DNA of 64,000 nucleotides from Adineta vaga (Eukaryota > Animalia > Rotifera), in NCBI GenBank assembly GCA_021613535.1, contig CP075493.1, positions 17,794,001 through 17,858,000 of the forward strand. Reading direction: 5' to 3'. The translations under genes were made by a program, and so were the position numbers. Positions 51,972 to 64,000 of the stretch are shown here, in pieces; position 1 is the first letter of the stretch, and every line of letters starts with the position of its first letter. Below the pieces are notes generated by a model. It had not been told where the DNA came from and searched no databases. It worked only from the letters and a program-made list of their open reading frames with translations.

Positions 51972-52487
51972 GAAGGTTGGTTCTTTAGAAGAACTGTTTA
52001 AGACATGTTTGTTCTCATGAAACTGGCTGCAACAATATGTGTGGGAGCAGAAAACGTTTTTTTCGAAAATCCCTGTACCCCCCCTCAGGACTCATGGGAT
52101 GAGTTTTCAGTAAGTTCACGATATCTCGGCCATTTCGCGACCGATCCTGCTCATCTTCGAACTCGACCTAGATATTAATGAGACAAACCTGCGAAAGAAA
52201 ATTTCGTATCAATTGCTCAAACTTTTCGAGAGTTATCGGATAAACGGACGGACGGACACACAGACCGATTTTAGTAGTGTACTCACTTTTTGAGTACACA
52301 AAAACACATCAAAATATTATTCATCAAGAGAGCATGATTACATAATATCAAAGAATAGCAGTTAAATGCTATCCGATACAAATTATTGGTCAACTCATCC
52401 AAATTTTCGAGTCCCATTGATAAATAAAATAATATTGATCGATTCATCTTTATATATTTTTATTTGAAAAAGTTGAAGAATAGTTTA

Positions 52488-55400
52488 TTATGAGTTATTT
52501 TGAGTAGTAAGCATTTTAAAGTATATTCCACGTTGTTGCACTAATTCTGTATGTGTACCAGTTTCTACAATATGTCCTTTATCAATAACACAAATTAAAT
52601 CACATGAACGAATTGTTGACAGACGATGAGCAATAATAATTGATGTTCGAGTAGGATCATCTGTTTGAGCTTGATCAAGTGCTACTTGTACAATCTATAA
52701 GAAATATAAATATTTTCTATATAATATATGTAAAGAAAAAAAGTGAAAATTTTACTTGTTCATTATATGAATCGAGAGCACTTGTAGCTTCATCTAATAA
52801 CAATACTTTGGGTTGTCGAAGAAGAACTCGAGCAATAGCAATACGTTGTTTTTCACCACCAGATAAAAAACAACCTTTTGCTCCTACATTTGTATTATAA
52901 CCCTAAATATAAATATATATATTAAGATAATAGAATTAAAGAATTAATCTTATTTTAACCTGTGGTAATTGTTGAATAAAATCATGAATATTAGCTTTTC
53001 TTGCAGCATTAATAATATCATCTTGAGAAACATTATCTAATCCATATGTTATATTTTCTGCAATTGTTAAATCAAATAAAATAGGTTCTTGACTAACAAG
53101 ACCCAATCGTGAACGAACCCATTGAAGATTTAATTGTCGAATATCAACACCATCAAGAAGCTAAATGTTTTGTTTTTCAAATGAAATTATTTTGATTCTA
53201 TATTTATAAACAAATATACTAACTATTCGACCATGTATTGTATCATAAAATCGTTCTAATAATTGAATCGTTGTTGATTTTCCACATCCAGATGTTCCTA
53301 AATCAATTATATTAGATATTTAATAATTAAAATCATTTCAAAACGAAACATACCAATAATAGCTATTCGTTGACCTTAATATTGAAAAAATCGAATTTAT
53401 TTCTATAAAATGAGATACTATATTGTAATTAATTACCTGGTTTAATATGTAATTGAAGTTTATCAAGAATAAGAACACCTGGTCGAGTTGGATAAACAAA
53501 TTTAACTTGTTCAAATTGTATTTCTCCTTGAAAATCAGTCTAAATTATTTCAATATATATTATTTATTAATAAGAGAATATGATATATATTCTCTTACTA
53601 TTTCTTGTCCTTTATTAGATGTATTATCAATAGCTGGAATTCGATCAAATAAATCAAAGAATACTTCAGCAGAAGATAGTGATGCACCAATACGTTCAGC
53701 TCTAAAATATTAACAATTATATAAAGAATTAATAATTGATTGAAACTTTTACAGAAATCCAAGGATTTTCATTGATTGTGTCATAAACATAGCAAAAGAA
53801 AAGACACTAAAAAAATAATTATTATATGTCAATGATTAAAATAATTCTGATCATTACTATATTATATCATGTTTATCTATATCACCATCTTCGACAAGAA
53901 TAAGAGCACGCCAAAAGAGAAGTGCTAACATTAATGGATCTGTTCCCCAATAAATACCACTAAGTATTCCTTTATACAGAGAAGTTTTACAAGATATTCT
54001 ATTTAAAATAAAATAAAATATAAGATTTATATAATAAATATTAATTAAACAAACACTAATGCTTTATTAATTATTTCAGAATATCGACGTATTATTTCCT
54101 TTTCTACAGATAATTGTTTTATTGTTCGCATATTTTGAAGAACATCAGTAGCAAGCTAAAATATTAAAAAGAATAAAATAGATTCAATTATGCATAAAAG
54201 TAACAAATTCAATTTACAGCGCTTGCTTCTCCTTGAATAATATTCAATCGATCTGTCAATGATTTACTAAGATATACATGTGTTAAACCAGCAATAGTTA
54301 AAAAAATCATAGGTAAAAATATGATAATTGTTAATTCTACACTGAAAGCAAGACCAAATAATATTCCAAAGCCAGTCAATGCAAATGCTTGCAAAATCAC
54401 TCCTAATCTAGCACCAGCCATATCTTGTAAGGCTGCTGCACCAGAAGATAGACGAGCATCTATTGAACCTGAACTGTTTTCAGGTTGATCAAAATAAGCA
54501 ACTTCTTGACGAAGTAAACAAGCAAATGCTTTTGCACGAATACGTTTTATTAATTTTGCTCCTGATATACCAAAAGCTGTACTCTATAAAATACAAAAAA
54601 TAAATTATATTTGTAATTGATATACAAATAAATATTATTACTTGGAAAAAACTAATTATTAAGAGAAATATACCCAAAAAGAAAAATATAAGACTTGAAT
54701 GGAATACTCGTTGACGAATAAAAGATAAATCACAACCTTTGAATGACTATTTAATAAAAGAAGAAGAATATTCAGATAAATCTATTAATCACTTACATGA
54801 ATTATATTAGCTAATAAAACTGCAAATATTGGTTGACATATTCCACTTATTAAACATGTGACACAACCAATAGTAATAGTTACCCATTCCGGTTTATTCA
54901 TTGATAAAAGTTTTACAAAAAGAGATTCTTTTTTTCCTACTATTGATTCTCTCTAAAGAAAATAAATCATTTTTCATAATATTTATTATCTATTATGAGA
55001 TTTTATTTGTACTTTATGTGTGGTGATAAGTTCACCTTTACTTAATAAACGACTTCGTTTTCCTGTTATATAGATGAAAACATACAAATAAATAAATGAA
55101 AATTCTAAATTATTATTATACCTGTCTCTTTATCATCTTGTTCTGTTACTTTTTCTATAATAACATTATCATCATCAGTCATTCTTTGCATTTGTTGTTG
55201 TTTTACCAAAGTTTGGTATTTTCCTCCTTCTTTCGCCATCAAAATTTCATGTTTTCCTTCTTCAATAACATTTCCTTGATCTAATACATAGATTTGATCA
55301 GCATTTTGAATTGTACTTAAACGATGAGCAATAACAATAGTAGTACGATCTATTGAAGATAAAAAAAATCGGATTGATAATTACAAATTAATTAAGTCTG

Positions 55401-58092
55401 ATTACTTTTACATGCACGATCAAGTGCTTCTTGAACAATTTTTTCACTAACATTATCAAGTGCACTTGTTGCTTCATCCAATAACAAAATAGAAGGTTGT
55501 TTAACAAGTGCACGTGCTAATGCAATACGTTGTTTTTCACCACCACTCAATTGTATACCACGTTCACCAACAAGTGTTTCATATTTCTAAATAAAATAAA
55601 TTCATATTTATATTATAGAGATTGAATAAAAAATATATTAAAATACAAACATCTGGTAAATTCATAATAAAATTATGTGCATTAGCTTCTTTTGCTGCTT
55701 CTTCGATTTGTTGACGTGTAGCAGATAATTTCCCAAGACGAATATTTTCATAAATACTCATACCAAATAAAATCTATTTTAATATTACATGTTAATTATG
55801 AAATAAAAAATAAAAATAACATACAGGTTCTTGACTAACAACTCCAATACTTTTTCTAAGTTGTTTCATTGGATAATCTCTTATTGGTCGATCATCAATT
55901 GTAATATGACCTGATGAAGGTTCATAAAAACGAAGAAGAAGTGATATACATGTACTTTTTCCTATAATTTTATATAATATTTATATTTTATTTTAATTTA
56001 ATAGAAATCTTTACCTGAACCACTTGTACCAACGAGAGCAGTTGTTTGATTAGAACGTGCAATAATATTAAGATTTTTTAAAACTGTTATATCTTTTCGT
56101 GATATATAAGATAAATTAACATTATGAAATTGAATATCACCAATAATATCAGGAATGGATTCTTCATCCAATGAATCTTCTCTTAATATATCTTTTTCAT
56201 TTATATTTGGATCATTTCCCTTTATTAAAGAAAAAAACAAACAAATAAATGATTTATTATTTCATTGTATTTACTTCATCAATAAGTTGAAATACAGATA
56301 CAGCAGCCCCTTGACCTTCTGAGAATGATTGAAATAAAGGAGCCATCATACCAAAATATGTAACACAGCGTGAAAACATCATAACAACCTATACGAAAAA
56401 GTCAATTTCTATTTGTTATTTTATATATTTGTATTTTAAATTCCTTACAATAAGTATATTAGAGAGATCTAATCCATGTTTTCCATAAGACATAAGCATA
56501 GAACCAAAGATAAAACCAACTGCAAAAACTAAATATGATGCTAATTGTAACCAACCCTCAAAGATACCAAAAACAGCACCTTTTCTAATATTACTCCAAC
56601 ATGCTGGATCTAATTCTTTTTCATATCTAAAATATTAGAATAATTATTGAACTTATATGAATATATTCATTTACCGTTGTCTTTCAAATTTTGCGCCATT
56701 CAGCGAAAAGACGGTTCGTATTGAACTGAACACTTCTTGAACAATATGTCCAGCTTTTGAATATGTTCTTAATTCATTTTCTGTTTCACTAGTAACTAAC
56801 TATATTAAATAATTTTATAATAAGAATAACGAAAATACATTTCTCAATCATACTCTTGAAAATATGGCTGAACCAATTAAAACAATAGGTATAGTGCAGG
56901 ATAATATTAAAGATAATTCCCAATTAATAAAGAAAGCTATAGTTATACTCAAGATCGTGCACATCACTATTCCAAACATAATGAAGAATTCAAAACCAAT
57001 ACCCCTCTCAATCTTTGTAATATTACTATAAAAGAAAATAACAATATAATAGTTATTCTATATGATATATCTAAATAATTTACGTAAATAAATTCGAATT
57101 AAAATTATTATTTGTATTTGTATCCAAATATTCGATTTTCTGAAAATAATAAGATGTTTTTTTCTTATTTATTAATTATTTATTGAATAAAGAAATAAAA
57201 TATTTGACTTACACGTTGAATAAGTGATGTAAAGAGTGAAATATTCATACGAGCTGTTTGTCGTTTTATTGATACCGACCACATAAAATATTTAAGTCCA
57301 ATAGCTGCCCATACGAGAATTCCAATAACTACATTAATATAAAGAAAAAAAAAAGAATTATTCTTCCTATTCTAACTAACTTACGAATTAACCAATGAAC
57401 TGCATTCATAACTTTTTCTCGAAGTAATGGTCCTGTAAAAGCTATTTTTGTTGATGTTATTATCTTCGTATCATTATAACAAAGCCTATAGAATAAAAAA
57501 AAACTAAATATGATTATTCTAAAAATGAATTACTTATGTAATCGTTCATAATTAAATGCATTAAGTTCAATTCCTGGAGGACAATCATAAAGATTATTAA
57601 TTGAAGTTTTTAAATTTCCATAATCATCATATTGACAATTATTTTCAAATGATTCAATAGCAAAGATACCAGTAACTTTACCATAAAGACCTAAGTTAGC
57701 AATTACACAAACTGTATGTACTATTAAGAGAAGAAAGCTAATAATCTTAAGAATAACATCATAACGATTCGCATATCGAAACTAAAATAAAAATGTTGAG
57801 TTTTCACATAAATTTATCTTGATTTATTTACCAATTGAAACATTCCAATACGTTTACTTTTTTCAGTATTTTTATTCTCATCATTCATCTTTTCATATTT
57901 TGAATCTGCTCTTTCTCCATTAAAACAATGACGCCAATCACTAAACCTATAAATACATCTTATGAATTAATTATATTTTCTTATTGTGAAATCATACCGA
58001 TTAGATGAAGTTTTCGTATTATCTTCATCACCATCACCTTCATCATCAAGCAATTTCGATGTTGGCTTTAACAAAGGTTGTTTATCGCTCAT
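52488..58092 (-). CDS. ABCB1: ABCB1/P-glycoprotein (MDR)-like full ABC transporter, many short introns
   Basis: TMD-NBD-TMD-NBD layout. Walker A GTSGSGKS and GTSGCGKS, signatures [13 protein letters not shown] and [23 protein letters not shown] and IAHRLST in both halves. The symbol denotes the family, not proven orthology. Confidence 0.92.
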
Positions 58093-58448
58093 TTGATATT
58101 GTTATCTATTGAAAAAACAAAATACAATATATGTGAATTTGTATAGTACAGATTAGTATGCCTAATGCTAAAGAATGTTTATTATCATATAATATTTTAT
58201 AATCACAGGTATATATAAAAAATAATCAATCTAAAATAATTATAAAAATTTTATTTTATCGAATATCTTTAATATTTTTCTTCATAATTAATTTACTAAT
58301 AAAATATTTTCAAAGAAAAACAAAAACAGATTATACTCTACGACAGGGATACTTACCGCTATCCTACCATGGATATTGTTCATCGTGAATCTCTTTTTTA
58401 TGCATATATATTCTATGAAACTAATCGAAATAAAATATATTAGTATTA

Positions 58449-59765
58449 ACCCCTGTTGCATAAGTTTTGAGACAAATTTGTTTTATATATATCTCGGGTT
58501 AAACAAACTTTTTTTCCTTTCTCCCTATATCACGTGATAGAGCGTTGAAAGAGGTTCAGTTTGATCTAAAATAAATTAGTTCATCTTTATTCATAATAAA
58601 ATGGTACGTTCAGAAAGAGAATTCCTTGAAAAACGCATTGTACAACACTACGTGAACTTTGCTAAACATGAAAAAAGAATTACTGTAAATCATTTTTTAC
58701 AAGAACAAATTCCACGTCCAACTATATATCGAATCATTAAAAAGTATGAAGAATTTGGTGCTATTGGTGATAAGCCTAGAGTTGGTCGTCCTAAAAAATT
58801 ATCAACACATCAATTAAATCGACTAAAACGCTTGACTGACCAAAAGACTGGAGTTTCATTACGTCAAATTCAACCAGAATTTAATGTCGATATTTCTACA
58901 CTTAGTCGACAATTAAAAGCTATGGGTATTACGTATCGAAAAAAGAAACGAGCACCCAAATACACCGACAAACAACTTGATGAAATTCCAACACGTGCAA
59001 GACGATTATGCCGAGCATTATCTGAAGATAATGTTGAATTAGTGTTGGATGATGAAAAGTATTTCCTATTACATAATGAATCGATATCTGCTAACCGTGG
59101 TTTTTATACATCTGATCCAAGTGCTGCACCACCAGAAGTAAAATTTAAACGAACGAAAAAATTTGAACCCAAAATTATGGTGTGGATTGCCGTGTCCGAA
59201 TATGGTATCTCCGAGCCCTTCTTCTCACAACAAAAACAAGCTATTACCAAAACTACTTATTTAAATAATTGTATTAAAGCTCGTTTGATGCCATTTATTC
59301 AAAACAATCATTCTAAACAAAATGTGTTGTTCTGGCCTGATCTGGCGAGAAGCCATTATGCTCATCAAGTGATCGAATATTTAGATGAAAATAACATTCG
59401 TTTTGTATCTGAACAAGAAAATCCACAAAACTGTCCACAAGCTCGACCAATCGAAACATTTTGGTCTATTCTTGAACAAATGGTATATGCTGGTGGTTGG
59501 GAAGCACAAAACATTGATCAATTGAAGAGAAGAATTAGGAAAAAATTAGATGAAGTTGATATTAAAGTTGTACAAACCATGTTTTCAGGCATAGCAAAAC
59601 AGCTTCGACGAATTGCTGATAAAGGACCTTATGAAGCCTGTTCTTTTTGATTTTTTGTACAGTAGCATTAGTACTTTTGTTATATAGGAAAAATAAAAAA
59701 TGAAAGCTTGTTGTTCGAAAAAAACGGATAAAACAAATTTGTCTCAAAACTTATGCAACAGGGGT
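58449..59765 (+). mobile_element. IS630-Tc1-mariner element, DD37E (ITmD37E/TRT type), full length
   Basis: Perfect 38-bp TIRs ACCCCTGTTGCATAAGTTTTGAGACAAATTTGTTTTAT, with TA on both flanks. Confidence 0.95.
58601..59650 (+). CDS. DD37E transposase, intact 349 aa
   Basis: HTH region with GRPKKL, then VLDDEKYF, WPDLARSH and RPIETFW. 37 residues lie between the second Asp and the Glu. Confidence 0.95.
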   Translation: MVRSEREFLEKRIVQHYVNFAKHEKRITVNHFLQEQIPRPTIYRIIKKYEEFGAIGDKPRVGRPKKLSTHQLNRLKRLTDQKTGVSLRQIQPEFNVDISTLSRQLKAMGITYRKKKRAPKYTDKQLDEIPTRARRLCRALSEDNVELVLDDEKYFLLHNESISANRGFYTSDPSAAPPEVKFKRTKKFEPKIMVWIAVSEYGISEPFFSQQKQAITKTTYLNNCIKARLMPFIQNNHSKQNVLFWPDLARSHYAHQVIEYLDENNIRFVSEQENPQNCPQARPIETFWSILEQMVYAGGWEAQNIDQLKRRIRKKLDEVDIKVVQTMFSGIAKQLRRIADKGPYEACSF

Positions 59766-60584
59766 TATGATTGTGTATAAAATCCGTTTATTTCGCCTGC
59801 ACAATGTATTGACTCTTTACAAAATAGAAAAAGAGAAATAAACAAATTATTCAACCATGAATATTTAATCCAAGAACAGCTACTATTGGTTTTAGCGTAT
59901 TGCAATCTGTATTGACATATTGTACAGTATTAAGTCACATTGTAGTGAGAAACAGAACGTAAAAATACAGAAAAGAAAAATTAACTATACATTTTTTTTA
60001 TGATTTACCTTATTCAACAATGATAATTTTTTTTTCGTGTTTTTTCTTTTTGTTCTTCTTATGTACATATATGGGTGATTTGCGCTACCATTGTACCGTT
60101 TGATGAAAAAATCACAAAAAAATCGAAGTGATGATGAAGAGAATTTGAGTTGCACATTTGATTGAGCTCTATCAAATGCATATATATCACTCGTTTTCCC
60201 AACTGTCAGTTTCTTCATTCCGGCAAATACTCAATTTTTTAAAAACACTGAGTTTTATAAGGTTTTTTCCGTAGAACATTGTGTCTACAGTGTTACTTTC
60301 CATTAGTATAAGAACGAAAAGAGAATAAGCGACAAGTCTCGATCACTTAAAGTGTAAAGGATTTTCAGTGTACTTGTATGTGTAATGCTTCAAATCGCTA
60401 AAAGATCTTTAGATTGTCAATGGACGAATTAAATAGCTATAAAATAAATTAAATAGTCATATAAAACAATAAATAACTATAGCAATTTAAAATAGCTATA
60501 AAATGATCATATTCTTCTATATAAATTGCCAAATCAAACAGCTTAAGATGGCCATGCATCTACTCATTTTTGCCAATTTAATCC

Positions 60585-62952
60585 TTAAAACAAATTGTAT
60601 CTCTTTTGAGAATGAGCCGGTGATCGACCAATACTATTCTCTGGTAAAAATTTATCGGGGTCAAATCGATTAGGATCAGGAAAATGTTTTGGATCACGAT
60701 GAATATAATATATAAATATAAAAGCGGATGAGTCTTTTAAAACTTTATGATCATCTATATAAAGCAAATAAATGAAGTATTTCATTAAAAAACAAGTCAA
60801 TTGACTTACGAAACATGAAATCTTCTTGTACTTCACGTGCAATAAATGGAACTGAAGGATATAAACGAAGACTTTCTTTTAGTACACATTCCAAATATTC
60901 TAACTCATTAAGATCTTCCATTGTACATGGTCGATCATAATCATTTCCAAATACTCGATCAATTTCTTCATGTAGTTTCCGTTGCACTTCCGGATATGAT
61001 GCAATCGTAAAACAAGTAAAGTGTATTGCTGCTGCTGCGTTATCATGTCCCTGAAAATAGGTATTATGTTCTTATCAAATATAGCCTTTAGACTTTATAC
61101 TTCAAACATAAATGTATCAACTTCTTCTTGAATATCAAAAAGAGTTAGTTGTTCATCATACATTTGTTTAAGAAGTAAATCTAAACAAAAAATATCGTTT
61201 TTGTCTACAGAATGAATAACAAATAAAAGAACTGTTATCAAGAAATGTAAGTCGTTTTGTATCAATTTCATTTGCATGAAAGTTTTGAGCACGATCACCA
61301 ATGACTTTTTTTGTGAACTGATGAACTATCTTTAAACATCGATGCTGTTCTCGACCTTCAGGTAATATATTAAATAGAAAATCGGGCCATAGCCATGGCA
61401 TACGTCGTCGTTTTATCATTATATCAGTCAATCTAAATTAAACAGAATTATGTTTTTCTAAAACATGGACTCTTCTATTATAGAAGAAATTTGTTTAATT
61501 CAAAACAGCATTAACATATTCAGAATTTCTTTGTTGTTGAGCACCTACATTTAAACTCATTGTAGCTTTTAAATTATTTTCACAATTAACTTATGAAAGA
61601 AAATTCAGTAATAACTTCATACCACAAATAATATCAAGAGCACAAGCTACAATATATTTATATAAATTAACTTCTTTGTTTGGTTTCAAAGAAGCTAAAC
61701 GTTGAATTAAAATAGTTGCTTGTTCATTGAATATATCAACAGAATGATTTAACAAATCTTTATCATGAAATACAGGTGTTAAAATATGTCGACGATCTTT
61801 CCATTTTGCTCCTTCACTACAAAAGAGTAGTATATAATTAAACGGTTTTGTTAGTTTCATAAATATATAGTAGATTCATAGGAGGAAACCTGAATACTTT
61901 CAAATCACTGGTAACTTTGATGTTTAGTTTTTTATCTCATTTTACAGAAAATTATTCGAGAAATTAAATTGTTGATTTTAACTAACCTTGTTAATAGGCC
62001 AGTTCGAAGCCATGGTAGAAAATATCTATAATCTGATGTGTGCCAACAGATTATATGTTAGGCATTCACAATATGACGTTTCTATTTATTAGGGAGATAT
62101 GTTGGGCATTCACAATATAATGTGTCCATTGATCAAAGAAATGTGTTAATCATCGTTTGTTCTTCACACATCTCTATATATATATTGTAACCTTGAGCTA
62201 GATCGAGACAAGTAAAGAGAAATTCATGCATAATTAATATAGTCGGATGGGTTATGTATTATTACATAGAACGAGAGCATACGAGTGTCAGATGCTCATT
62301 TAATGATTAGAAATTGTTATTATAAGAAAAATGAGTATATTGATATTATTATATTATTCATACGTGTAACTAATTATATTATTTGTTATATGTGTATTGT
62401 TCAATGATTTATTGTTTGTGTCCTTTACTTTGATTCAAATAAACTTCATTGAACTCGTAACGTCATATTTTATTTATCATCTTTACAAGAAAGTGATTTA
62501 TTAAAGAAATATTTCGTTACATGATGATTTTGTAATATTTTTTGTACGGGAAAAAAAATTCTAATATAAATAAAAGAAGATATAATTATCTGTTAAGAAG
62601 AAAATAGATAACAAACTTCAAGTCCAACCGGATGAAAAAATGCAAGTAAAGGATACGTGCCAAGTCATATTGAAAATAAACTTCCATTTTTTGCACGTTC
62701 ATAGTACTCATCAAGTTTTTTCGTGAATTCTACATAAAAAAAATATATGTATCATTATAGTTCTATAAGAAATTATTTCTTACTGTGTGAGTCTAATGGT
62801 GTAGTTAATAGATCTCCTAAAATAGGTAATTTAGTTGGTGAACATGGAATATTGTTATAGGCTTTTGCTATTTGAATAGAATGGATAATCCATTTTTGGA
62901 ATGTAAGACAAATAAGAATAATAAAAATAATAAATAGTAATAGAAATGACAT
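60585..62952 (-). pseudogene. Cytochrome P450, CYP4-clan-like pseudogene
   Basis: N-terminal anchor, WKDRRHILTP, EEVDTFMFEGHD, ESLRLYPSVP, FDPDKFLPEN. Homology ends before the FxxGxRxCxG heme motif. TGA at 62665-62667 and a solo LTR in an exon. Confidence 0.88.
62039..62521 (+). mobile_element. Solo LTR (483 bp)
   Basis: TG...CA ends, 5-bp TSD TGATG (62034-62038, 62522-62526), TATATA box and AATAAA inside. Removing it restores the CYP frame ITKSSDYRYFLPWLRTGLLT. Confidence 0.85.
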
Positions 62953-64000
62953 AAATGTCCTTTTAATTTTTCTAAAACAAAAAAATATATTATAATTATA
63001 ATGATCATATTATAATAGTAAAAAAGGAAATTTAACAAGTAGAAATCAACTACATATTTGTTTTAGATATAATCGATAGTGAAATCATGTTATGTACTAA
63101 TTTATTAGCTACTTATTATCGAAATGTTTGTAAATCGTTAACAGTAGATAGTTGATAAGTTGAAGTATTATTTGTATTATCAACTTCTCATATATAAAGA
63201 AATATGATATGATAGACAAACGACTCTTTACAATTATAGAATTATTTGTTTATTATATTCGCGAATAAAATGATACAACAAAATATTGATATGTATCAAT
63301 ATATATTTTCATTTCAATATCAAATATTTCATACTTTTATTTTTCTAATTTGTTATATGATTATAATTATGTTTTCAAATATCATATATCTATTTTAATC
63401 ATTTTCAAAGAGACAAAATCAGAATCTATCATTGAATATAATATTATTCAAATAAAATCATTATATATTTTTTATTTTACAAAAAAATCTCAATTGTTTC
63501 TTGAGAATACTTTTAATTCAATACGATAAAAATGAACAGATTTATCTTGATTTCTCATGTGTTTTATTCAAACATATGTTAGAATAACTATGTCGATGAA
63601 AAAATCGAGATAAAATCTTGACTGATAGAGAAATTCTATTACCTTCATGGTATATGAAAAATGAATTCGATGAAATGCTTATTTTACTCACGATATGACT
63701 AAATACAGACAAAGTAAGATCACATGATCGATTCTTCATTATATTCTCTAGTTTTCTTTCAGACATACCAATTCAATGTATGGTATAGAATGTTAGTGAC
63801 AATGTAACACATCATGTAGGTTCAGATGGTCAGAAATTTGGTTGTTTATTGGCAACTTATCCTACAGAACGCTAGACAACAATACTTGATACTTTTTATT
63901 ATTCATATGAAATGCGTATACCATGTCGAGCTTCGATATCTATTCATACTACACATTGTGGAAATTTTCTAGTTTTCGAATTATATTCCGTATCATTTTG

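Larger units (their letters stand above)
17585..52304 (-). mobile_element. Helentron (Helitron2-type rolling-circle element) expanded to ~34.7 kb by nested insertions
   Basis: 5' end on the minus strand: T-run, subTIR TGTGTACTCAAAAAGT (52285-52300), short IR GAGTACAC, (GTCC)n microsatellite. 3' end: subTIR ACTTTTTGAAGTACACA (17624-17640), hairpin CTTCGGAT-AAA-ATCCGAAG (17601-17619), T-run. RepHel-EN-OTU ORF inside. Confidence 0.9.

Noticed and set aside
60070-60300. TE-like fragment downstream of the truncated CYP
   Set aside because: No TIR pair, TSD or ORF could be defined.

Overview
AT-rich, intron-containing eukaryotic DNA. It is most consistent with a bdelloid rotifer (inference from Athena/Terminon-type retroelement ORFs, TGAGGG/TGTGGG telomeric repeats and short GT-AG introns). 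About 75% of the window is mobile DNA. (1) 5.6-14.1 kb, minus strand: a decayed Terminon/Athena (Penelope-like) array. It has an intron-containing RT gene, a DEDDy exonuclease, a 5'-truncated RT tail and coiled-coil ORFs. At 11.9-12.2 kb there is a fossil telomere junction, where three telomeric tracts alternate with type I hammerhead folds that carry a U3-A8 core variant. (2) 17.6-52.3 kb: a Helentron (Rep-Pif1-APE endonuclease-OTU) that also carries a spliced Y-box/cold-shock-domain gene. It is split by nested insertions. The largest is a foldback Mutator-like element with ~1.1-1.5 kb modular TIRs. It encodes an apparently intact transposase fused to a USP-like protease, a small type I membrane protein, and a 540-aa env/F-like glycoprotein. 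That glycoprotein gene is interrupted by a Zator-like element (TTA TSD, ~1 kb inverted arms, BEN-domain accessory gene). Two nested hAT elements follow, each next to a deletion. (3) 52.5-63 kb: a host ABCB/P-glycoprotein gene, an intact DD37E Tc1/mariner-type element, and a CYP4-like pseudogene with a solo LTR in an exon. The best candidate for an undescribed system is the cut-and-paste DNA transposon carrying a viral envelope-like glycoprotein. All family assignments come from motifs read by eye; no database searches were run.
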